DNA of 61,995 nt, filler included, from Catajapyx aquilonaris (taxonomy: Eukaryota), in the NCBI GenBank assembly GCA_000934665.2. It is 3 parts of 3 records of this genome, joined end to end, with 100 filler letters (N's around TTAATTAATTAA, not from the genome) between each part and the next. Parts side by side here need not be neighbours in the genome. Positions count along the whole stretch, not along the records: positions 1 to 20,737 come from KZ539502.1; positions 20,838 to 41,372 come from JYFJ02006242.1; 1 more part is not named here. One strand, written 5' to 3'. The notes beneath the pieces are model-generated. The model was given only the letters and a program-made list of their open reading frames with translations. It searched no databases and had not been told where the DNA came from. How positions within the stretch are numbered: the first letter of the stretch is position 1; each line of letters begins with the position of its first letter. Positions 15,001-25,063 of the stretch are shown here, one piece after another. The translations under genes and the position numbers were made by a program.

Positions 15001-16186
15001 GACATGAATGCTGCATACACAATGGACTCAAAAATAACCAACTACTTTTCACTGTACAGGCCAGATTCCGAGTATCATTTCAGTTAAAAATAGCCATGCC
15101 ATAGTTGTGGTCGATAGGCAAGCGATTGAATCGTGCTGGCAAGTGTGGCCGGAATGGAACTGGCTACAAAAAAGGAGCCAGCGAGGGAGGGGAAGGAGGG
15201 GGGGAAGAAAAAGAAAGAGAGAAAAAAATCGTCAGAAAAGAGAGACGGGCAGGGGCAGGCAGGGCAGGCAATTCCAGCAGGACTGAATCTCCCAATTGGT
15301 GGGCTCCTTTCCTTTCCCGCGGAGAGGCGCGACTCGGTAATTGTCCTGATGTACCACATCGTCGGGCCTTCCTTCCAGTTAATCACAGTGAGCTGGGGTT
15401 GCGGTTAGGTAATCAGCAGAGACGAATAACGCCAAGAAAGGGGGGGCTTCTTCCATCGCCAAGCGCCCTTTGTTCTGTCTCGACCTGTTATTTTTTTATA
15501 CCCTTACTCTCCAGACGATATGGATTTTTTTTTTACTGTTTTAGTCTGAAAATTTTGAAATTCTTGGCCTAGTGATTTATCAGGGGCGTTTGGCAAGAGG
15601 GGATAGTCTGGGAGAAAGGGGGCTATGGGACACAATAGGCGGCTGTCCTTTGCTTGCAAATTGGAAGAGGCGGCGGGTAGAGGGAGGGGTGGGATCCTGG
15701 CTCAAAAACAAAGCCTTTCCCGGCGGGAGATGTGCAAAGGAGCAAATTACAAAGTGTCCTCCCAATCTCCATCAACACGACTGGACGAGGAAGATAACCA
15801 TTGAGGGGGATTTTGTCTTCTCTCTCTCTCTCTCTCTCCCTCCACCCCTCACATACACACATTCTCTTTTCACTCTATCTCAGCTTTCCTTGGGCCGCGT
15901 TTTCTCCTCGGCCCCCGAGAATGAAGCTGGAGATTGCTTAGCACTTAACAGCACGACGGCCCGGGCCTAATGTCCCGCGATTCAAAACGCCGTCGCCTGA
16001 GTCTTAATTAAGCCTCTGTCGCTGCACTTGTTTGGTATGACTCGAAACCAGGGGGGCCTCCGCAGAAAACGCCCAATATCGGTCGCCATGGAGACGAAAC
16101 CGTGTAATTTAGCCCCTTCCCACACCCCCCTCCCCCTTCTTCCTTTGCCTCCCCACTTTTTCCCCCTCCCCCCCCCCCCGTCTCCA

Positions 16187-16267
16187 NNNNNNNNNNNNNN
16201 NNNNNNNNNNNNNNNNNNNNNNNNNNNNNNNNNNNNNNNNNNNNNNNNNNNNNNNNNNNNNNNNNNN
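16187..16267. other. Assembly gap (81 N)
   Basis: Run of N between a poly-C-rich tract and a poly-A run, with no linker motif inside. Confidence 0.95.
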
Positions 16268-17828
16268 AAAAAAAAGTCTGTTTTCCGATGTAATGAATAA
16301 TTTGTGTTCAGATATTTGGCTTCGCGAAGAGGTTGAGGTGCTGGCTTCCAATCAGTTGGTTGCAATATTAGTTCGTCACTCTTATCGACTTTGAATTCTG
16401 GGATAAATGCAGCTAGGAAGCTATTGTTTAGCTTCCCCCTCTCCCTGGTGGTGGTGGTGGTTGGTGGTGGGTGGATAGAGAGTATCAGGTCGACACAGTA
16501 TAACATGACAACAGTAATTAGGAATGTGGCCCCCTCTGTACATATAACAAGAAGCACTGTAGAGATTTCAACATTTCTTGCAATTACTGGTTTTTGGTTG
16601 TGTAAAGTTGGTAGAATCAGGTAACTGTAAGTATACTGGAGATATCACTTTGCATGAGTAGAATATCTTCTGTTAGTGTGGCAGGTACAATCAGATAAAT
16701 CTAATACCCTTTAATTAGAGTGAGTGAATCTCGTATGTCGTATATCAGCAGAATTATTAGCACAATAATCCATACTCATTTTAAGAAATATTTACAAAAT
16801 GACACACACAAATTCAACTATTCCCAAATTTTATAGGCATATGTAAAAAAAAATACATTTTGCTACAAAACTGCTTAAAAAACTAGGCGATATAAGCATA
16901 GTACGGCTTGACAGACACGGAATAGGTGCAAGTGAAAATGAAACAAGGCCACTAGATGTTACGCCCTCGTTTCACGAGACTTGGAAGGAGAAAAGATGAG
17001 GTCTAGAGAGAAAAAGTATGGGCTAGCAGTAGGGGAGCGAGGTTCGGTCCACATTTTATATAAAAAAGTGAGAGGAAAAAAAAACTGGAAGCATTTGGCT
17101 CTGGCTGACGCGACGCCGCGCGGCCGGAACGTTACGGCCTGGAGCTAACTTGTACCGGAGTGTTTGGAGTGCCTGAGGGGTGGGTGGGGGCTCCCTCCCC
17201 TTGCCCTTTTTAGGCCTAGGCGAGAGACCCGATAATTCATTCCCCCGGAGCTAATATGGCCAGTCGGTAAATCAAGGCGGTTGGGAGTGTCGTGGAGGCC
17301 CAAGACCCCCTTTGCCAGCCCTCAAGATACATACGTCACCCTTTGGCTGTGGCTCGATACTCTCTCCCCTACCCCCCCCCCCCCCCCNTGGGATTTCGCC
17401 ATCTACAATTTTATTCGCTTTTGTAGGCTTGTTGCCCTTCCTACCCTACCCTACGCTCCCTATGCGACCCCGCAGATTTCCCTATATTTTGAAGTGGGAG
17501 GGGATGAAGGGAACTGAAAAATGTGCACATATATGAATGTGAAACTACTCGCTGGGAAGGGGAAACCAACTTTTCCACGCATTTGCAGGGTCTTCGGGGC
17601 GGTAGGTGTGCCTGTTTGGCTCAATGATACCATTAGACTTGCATTCTTTCCAGGGCAACCCCCCTCGCATTTATTCACTAGGCGCGCTGTTTTGCATTAC
17701 CGCCTCCAGAGTGGCCTGGGAAATAAATGTGCAGGTTTTTTCCCCCAACAATTTTTGAATCAGGCCTAAGGGTGTGAAAATCGCGATTTCTGCTAACAGC
17801 TACATCTACTATGCACAGTTAATAACAG

Positions 17829-17935
17829 TTTCTCGAAGTGATTTTTCTCTGTAATTCTAGAGTATTTCTCGAAGTGATTTTTCTCTGTAATTCTAGAGTA
17901 TTTCTCGAAGTGATTTTTCTCTGTAATTATAGAGT
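17829..17935. repeat. 36-bp minisatellite, about 3 copies
   Basis: TTTCTCGAAGTGATTTTTCTCTGTAATTCTAGAGTA starts at 17829, 17865 and 17901; the third copy is slightly diverged. There are no spacers between units. Confidence 0.93.
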
Positions 17936-20737
17936 TACGTTATTTCTAGAAGGGACTGTTCATGCACAGTTTATTGCCATAACTGAATATGTGAATAAAT
18001 CAGGAGACGATATCAGAATCGCTGCTACCTTGCAGGACTATCAATAGCAACTGTTGTGCGATTATTGGTCCACCACTCTGCATTGGAGCGTCGCCTGGCG
18101 TGTGGTCCAGGAACTGCCGTCACCATTTTGTAATTAGATAACAGTGGGCGATACAGTGTGTGCAGCTGATAAGGGGAGGTGCGCCATATGTGTGTAGGCT
18201 AATAAGAGTCGATGGTTTAGCAGCTCCGTTTCTGGCGGAATGGAGGGAGGGGCGTCCCTTCTTGCGGGGACGAAATTTCATTTCCGCGCTTTATTTGTCT
18301 GCTGCCCGCATGCCGAGAAGAAGAGAAGAGAGGGGATGGGAAGGGGGATGGCATGGAAGGGAAGAGGGGAAAAGGGGGGGAGATCTCGCTCCCTGCCCTA
18401 CGCCAGTAATTGAGCTTACAAATCGATCGTCTTCCCCACCCGATTATACACGTTCATTCCCCAGATCATTTTGGGCAAACTAGGCCGCTGGCTACTAGGC
18501 AACCTCCAGTGCGATGCTCCTTTTCTTCTTCTCCTTCAATGGCTGGGGTCTGGATGGATGGATGGACGGATAGCCCATTGTGGCAGGCTCGGCTGCATAC
18601 CCTCAGGCAGGGCAGGACTGATGGCTAGGTGAGCAGGGCTCGACGTGTGAGCCAGGATGTGATTATGCCACAGGACACAATGAATCGGAGTCATTATGTG
18701 GATGGGGAAGAAAAGGGAAAATGCTGGGTGGTAAGACTGTGCGTTTTTGGTATGTCGCACTTTCTGATTGGGGTGCAGGGGTTGCCAAGCACTGCACTGG
18801 GGAGATATGAAACGCTTGGCCGAGATTGGGATCTTGGAAGCCAATAAAGTGATGGTGGAGGAGCTTCAACTTCTCTAACTGCGCCTATATTACTCAATGA
18901 TACTGCACTCAGATTAGACACTTGAAAACAGGGATAATTACCTGGCAAGACATGCAATTTTTCATTTTTAAAAAATCAGATATACATCACCATTTATATC
19001 GATACTTTAAGCAACAATGGCAATAAGTCAAAACATTTTATAAAGCGGAACCAGAGCTGATTTCGAGCTCCACGAGTCCATTAGGCGGACTTGAGGCTAA
19101 ACAGGTGGTGCAATGCGAGTTTTCTCCAAGTGAGCAAGAAACGTTTGAAGAAAAGAGTTTTCAGATGGATATGGAAAAAGAGGGGGGGTTGAACATATCT
19201 ATAGTTGTCGGCAGGGAGGCAGGTCTTTCCTTGTCAGACGAAATGAGTCCCGCAACTTTTCATCAAGGCCGAAATCCGTTGATCAACTTCCTGACTGGAT
19301 TCTTTCAGAACGGATGGAGGTGTGCGGGGAGGCGACGGAGACCAGGGAGAGGGAATGGAAAAAGGCCAGAGATTTATGACGGGATTTCTCTCCACCTTTT
19401 TTTGGAATTAGTAAAGTCTCTCGAGTAATTTCTCTGCGCAGAGATTTTAATCGCTGAGACCAGAGTGTAAATGTAAGGCAAGGGGTGGGAGAAGTTTTTT
19501 TTTCGTCGCTAAAAACGCGTTCTTTTTTTACGATCTGTTGTAATTGGAAGTGTGCAGAAGTTGCTGTGTTTAGACGTAGGTGTTGCACATTTGCCGTTCA
19601 AGGAAAGAGCTGCTGATGACCTATTAGTCCAATTAATTGGCCCAGGTATTTTGTGCAAAACTTGTCACTCTTTGCAGCATCCAGGGACGCATATGTTGAG
19701 GAAGGCGCGTAAAAGTTGAAAGAAAATGAGGTCCCAGGCTAATGAACATTTCCGGGGCGTATAATGGCAGCTAGCAACTAGATATAGGCGCTTATTTCGC
19801 CGCAGCCAACACTTCTAATGGACAAGTTTGCCTCTGAGTGCTGGCCAACATAACGCTCCGAAGATGCTAATTACATCAGTGTGATACAAGTCGCCTTCAA
19901 TCATGCTACTGTCTTGTCAAAAACTATGGTATCCTCTATAAGTGCTTGGGTGTATATAATGAAAATTGTCAGTGTTTCTTTATTTTGGCCTAACAGTATC
20001 ATTGCCCTCATCCAACCTCCAAGCAGTAGTGGGAATGAACGTCTTCGTACGTCGATCTGGGTGTAGAGACTCCAGCATCAGTCGGGGCAAAAGCAACACT
20101 CGTGGCCGAAATCCTGTGGGGATGATGAGACAAGGAATGGCACTAAAGGGGGCCCTACGGCGCCTCAACAGCCACACCAGCACATCTTGTCAATAACAAC
20201 GGCTCGCTATTAAAACCCCTCAGCCCCCTCCCGGCTCTTGCGTTTCTGCGATTTGCTTCCAACCCTCTTCTTCTCTCAGAGAAACGCCGTTGTCTCCTTC
20301 AAGGAAAAGTGACTTTTTCTTTTCTTCGTTTTTTTGTCTTTCATCCGGTCCCCCCCTCTTTTCACGCTCATCGTCTGGATGCAACTCACTTCAACTCTGC
20401 CTCGCTGCTCTTTATTTTTATTTCTCCGCTTTTGATACGCGCCCTTTTCTATTCCTTCCGCTCAAGCATCTTTTACTAGGAGCACACATTATTTTGTGGA
20501 TGTTTCCGCAAGCAGTTTGCTTGACGCGCACTTGGTCAGTATGACTGGTCGTTAAAATATCTGCTCAAGACTGAATCGTGATATGGACATTTTGAGAGAA
20601 ATATGTTCTGGCGGACATTACTGAACACCTTAACCAGCAATCAAATTGCATGTCGAAAGAAATCGTGCTGAAGGTGCGAAAAGTACAGGTCGATTATTCT
20701 CATCGTCCTGTTCCTAATTTCGCCCTCTTCGCCCCCC

Positions 20738-20837
20738 NNNNNNNNNNNNNNNNNNNNNNNNNNNNNNNNNNNNNNNNNNNNTTAATTAATTAANNNNNNN
20801 NNNNNNNNNNNNNNNNNNNNNNNNNNNNNNNNNNNNN
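20738..20837. other. Artificial contig-joining linker
   Basis: 44 N + TTAATTAATTAA (20782-20793, stops in all six frames) + 44 N. Identical to the linker at 41373. Confidence 0.97.
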
Positions 20838-21151
20838 GCTCGTGGATGCCTGAACCAATCCGAACCATTCCACTGCAGCTGGGTCCGGATGGAATTCACA
20901 GATCACCAGTTAGCCACCCGAACCACAACATGCCGGTGGGGCTGCACCAGCGCCAAATTTCAGGCTGGGAGAGACTTTTATATTCAACTACCGTCACCAT
21001 AGGTCTAGATAGGGAGTTGCGTGGGCCTGGCTACAGAGACCAAATGATACCTCTACATACAATGCTCCGCTGGTTCCCCAAATTTACCCTGGAAGTTTGT
21101 CAAACAAAGAATGTAACATCCTGTATATAAAAACCCAGTGTCACTGTCCAG

Positions 21152-22084
21152 GGGGAGGATTCACAAAAGAGCGCAACTTTCGAGCGCGTAAGTGATTTAC
21201 ACCCATATCTTTACGCTCCCCTTACAACCAGTTGTAGGGAGAGGTGTAAAGTGATTCACAAAGCGGCGCAGCACTCGGTGTAAAGGGGGCACAAGGGTAA
21301 AAGTCACGTGTCATGTAACGGGGCTCGCTATTGGCTGCGTTGTTAGACGGCCACCCGAACCCAGCCAGAACCCACCCTAGCGCCAACCTAGCGGAAGGCA
21401 AAGATACTAAGGGAAGGTGGGAAAGAGGCAAAAGAGCTTGGAAAGAGTTGTCAATCTTATCATCTTTGGTGGAATACCTGAAAATATATTGTAGCACTCG
21501 GCTGAAATGAAAAAGGGATACCAACTAGTTTATTGAGGGTTGGGGCTAGACCCCCGCTCAAGGCTGCCGCCGGATTGTCTAGGGGCAAACCGGGCTTGGA
21601 CACATTCCACTATTCTCGCACTCCTTACCCGAGCTATTGGCAGTGGGCAGTCAGGCAAAGGTGGCCGAAACTGTTGCTTTGTCTGTGCCGAGGGGTAAAT
21701 CACTCGGAAGTTGAGCGTATACGGACTTGACGAGTGATTAACCCCTCGTCGTCTGCCGGCAGCAAGTGTCGTCGTGTCAGCCGGATTTTACGCCGTGAGT
21801 GGGCCTACCCATGGCCGGCATGTAACGGGGGGTCCACATGCGATCCCGGATTATCTGGGGAAAGGCTGGGTGAGGTCCATCTTCGACTTCTAGCTCCGGT
21901 CCAAATAGGAGCCATGTCACTTCTCCCACTTACACGTACCCCCCGACCAGGCGCAGAGATCCGCCCGGTGGTAAGTAGTTGCGCTGCTTTGTGAATCCAA
22001 CTCGCAGCGCCACTCCCCCGGTGGCGAAAAATGAACTAAACTTACGCAGGTGTATCCCTTTGCGCTCTTTTGTGAATCCTCCCC
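21152..22084. mobile_element. Non-autonomous PIF/Harbinger-like element (933 bp)
   Basis: Perfect 25-bp TIRs GGGGAGGATTCACAAAAGAGCGCAA (21152-21176 / 22060-22084). 3-bp CAG duplication (21149-21151, 22085-22087). Subterminal TIR-like inverted copies at about 21253-21270 and 21980-21997. No transposase ORF. Confidence 0.85.
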
Positions 22085-22768
22085 CAGAGGGGTACATGGA
22101 AGAGTTTATGTATCTATCACCCCTGGCAATGTAAATTCAGTGGCATGCAAAATGGTAAAGGGAGATCAACCATCCCCACAAAAAATGGCCACTTGTAATG
22201 TGCCCATAATCTGATAACCAATACACATAACTAGATAATACAATAATACTGCGCACAACTTTCACTGCACATTTAGCAAGGTCATGACTTGTAATGAGAT
22301 TGCATGCCTACAAGTACCTTCATGAAAAATGTAATAGTGGTAGTTCTTCCAATACAGCATGATCACTACCCAGTGAATTATCTTCATCAATCTGAATGCA
22401 GGCCTCCAACCTCACAAGTCATTTACAATATGAAAAACTTGTAGGGTGTACCAATTCAAATATGCACACAATCCCACATGACATATTAAGAATTACATTC
22501 GTCAGACTATAAACGATCAATTGTTTTGGATGCAATCTTAATTCTTAAGTTTTTGCAACAAAGTATGCAGGTTTAAAACAGATTAAATTTTGTTAAGTTC
22601 TGAGGACCTTTATCATGAGAAATATTCGCAGCCTACCCCAAACCTCTATTTCACATTTATGCCCATATATGGTGCCACAATAATTCCAATCTCTAGGAAT
22701 GGGCAATGTCTTGTCTCCTCCACAATATGCAGCTGCAATCATGCCAATGCAGGCCAACAGGTATGTTA

Positions 22769-23554
22769 CGTGGGCTGATTCAAAAGTCATGAGGTGTATT
22801 TTCAAAGTCGAAAACGGTCAGATATACAGCCAAGAACTTTGCTATGCTTTGAAGCTCTGGCATTTACAATTTGATCTGGCATATAGATGTCGCCCATTTC
22901 GCAGGCGGGAGCGGGGGAAAAAGGGGGGATCGTGACCCCCCAACCACACCATCGCCCTAAGACAGCTCCAACCTGATGCGCTTGGAACTGTTGCAGGAAA
23001 CTTATCAGCAATTGACAACACAGGAGCTGTCAGAGCACTATGCTTAGGACTCTGAAAGACTGAAAGGGTCAGGAAGTTGGTGTCCTCACTGATGCCTTAC
23101 CATCTCTCTGAGGAGCAAAAGTGGCGCTGCTTTGCCCTCACCGAAAAAACATGTGGAACTTGATCGCATTGAGGGTGATGGTTTTCTTAAACGAATGGTG
23201 AATATGGCTAACACATGGCTATGGTCATAGTGTGCTGACTTGTCCCACACTTGAAAGCAAGCTCCCGTGTTGTCTATTGCCAAGTGTCCTGCAGGCAACG
23301 TCCAACAGCTCCAAGCGCGTCAAGCTGGGGCTGTCTTAGGGCAATGGTGCGGTGGGCGGTCCCGATCCCCTTCAGTTTCTCGCCGCCCCCCCCCCCCCCC
23401 CNCCCCCCCCCCCCCCCCCCCGGTGATATGGGCGACATCTATATACCCGATCAAATTGTAATCGGTTGAGCTTCAAATTTTAGCAAAGGTCATCTCTGTG
23501 TTAACGTTTTCGAATAAAAAAATACGCGCCATGACTTTTGAATCTACCCACTTG
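22769..23554. mobile_element. Diverged foldback MITE with long inverted arms
   Basis: About 22769-23028 is an imperfect reverse complement of about 23260-23554 (e.g. GATTCAAAAGTCATG / CATGACTTTTGAATC; CCCTAAGACAGC / GCTGTCTTAGGG). TA lies on both flanks. Confidence 0.75.
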
Positions 23555-23589
23555 TAATAATCTTTCCAAAATCTTGCATTTTTATTTAA

Positions 23590-23874
23590 CCCTGGAACCG
23601 TGCCGTGGGGACTTTTCGGACCCCAAAGGAATTAAAATGCATTAAAATTACAATTACAATGAACTGTTTGCCATTTTTTAAAAGTATATAACAGGAAGTG
23701 CAGGTTTATTTTGAATTAGCGATCATTTTAGGCGTGGTTCAAAGAATGATTGTATATAGTCAATACATTGAAAAGTATTATATAAAAATTAATAAAAATT
23801 ACAATATGGCGTGGGGTCCGAAAAGACCCCACGGCACGGTTCCCATAACTTTCCGGCACGGCACTGTTCCAGGG
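23590..23874. mobile_element. piggyBac-like MITE (285 bp)
   Basis: TTAA on both sides (23586-23589, 23875-23878). CCC...GGG ends with 18-bp TIR CCCTGGAACMGTGCCGTG (1 mismatch). Additional 32-bp internal inverted repeat (1 mismatch). Confidence 0.85.
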
Positions 23875-24599
23875 TTAATCCCAAATGGTGCACTACATCC
23901 TAGGCCCCTAGGGAAACTATTTTCCTTTTTCGGTTATCATCTCTTCCAGTTTGTTTTTTTGTGTGTAATTTGCTAATTAGCCCTCTTGTTGGTGCCCATA
24001 CATGTATACTACATATAAACCAATTACATGCCATTTAGATGGCATGCACCTGCACAAAATGTGACAATAGCACAGGTGCAGACCAAAAACCAGACCTCGA
24101 CTTTGTCCATACCCTCCCAATACCCAAGTCGTCAAACAACCAACCCGGATGTTAACCCAGTCCGCCGACCTAATTAACCCTAGCACATGCCAGACACGCC
24201 CTTTCATTCCACACCATTCTACCTCATTTCCATCATCCACCATTGCCCTCAACCATACAACTCACCTCATTTTGAATGTGTCTTGCACACAGCGTGTGCG
24301 GGAGGTGCCGTGCGCCTATTCACCCATTATCACCGCAAGATAAACTGCTGGACAAATTCTATACTTCTTCTTACTTTGGGTGTCATGAGGGAACTGACAC
24401 TTTCACGGAACTACTTGCAAACCATCCTCCTGGCTAGCGGTGTATCCCTACGCAGTGGTGCAATCGTCTGATGGATGTGACCGGGATTACCACCGGAGAT
24501 AGGACCAGCTCGATCGCTTTCATGCTCACGTAGAGTATTTCATGGGGGCAGTGGCCATATCGGGTCTAGGATGGGAGGAAAAGTGGGGAGATGTGTGGA

Positions 24600-25063
24600 A
24601 CTATTTTCTAATAGACTGGATTACATCAGCCAAGTGACGTCACAATAAAGGTCACTCGACCGTAATGTCTCGTGGCAGGTATGAGTAGGTGAAATGTGAC
24701 GATTACTCACGTGCTCATAAAAAAATGATGCGGTTTTTTACACGCCAACTGCGCGCGCAAAAACTGTACGTAGCCTACGTGGTTACCAATAGTTATATTT
24801 TCGAGTATATTTTGATAGATGTGATGAGCATGGTGATGAGAATGCGAGGCGGTATATTTAAAATAAAATATGTGACATATTATGTGGCATGTGTGACACA
24901 GAATAAATACCAATACACCGTGTGAAGCGATGTGAAGCGATCGGAGTGGATCGGAGTGCAAATAAACAAGTGACTCGCAGCAAGCGCCATGCGGGTCATA
25001 GGGTACTTGATGTTGAAATACAGCTGAAGGGCATTGGGGACTCGTGTTGGGTTGAAAGTGCTG
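24600..25063. promoter_or_regulatory. Probable promoter and 5' leader region of DCXR, possibly bidirectional
   Basis: Lies directly upstream of the DCXR ATG. Contains GTGACGTCAC (24634-24643), E-box CACGTG (24708-24713) and GCGCGCGCAAAA (about 24751). The motifs are short, so function is inferred. Confidence 0.4.

Larger units (their letters stand above)
20838..24711 (-). other. Candidate spliced 5' leader exons of a gene divergent from DCXR (cut off by the contig end)
   Basis: Minus-strand donor CAC|GTGAGTA at 24711. Exon 24565-24266 has a pyrimidine-rich CTAG acceptor and a GAG|GTGAGT donor. Acceptor TTTTTATATACAG| at 21120. ATG at 20868 (GGAATGG) stays open to the contig end (MVRIGSGIHE). 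Confidence 0.4.

Noticed and set aside
17829..17935. 36-bp repeats as a CRISPR array
   Set aside because: Units are head-to-tail with no spacers, there are no cas genes, and the context is eukaryotic.
7..20544. Numerous short ORFs in piece 1
   Set aside because: Low-complexity translations of polypurine or polypyrimidine tracts, often from non-ATG starts, with no family motifs.
21813..21822. GGCCGGCATG, matching the start of the HDV genomic ribozyme
   Set aside because: Only 10 nt match, and I could not build the downstream nested double pseudoknot.
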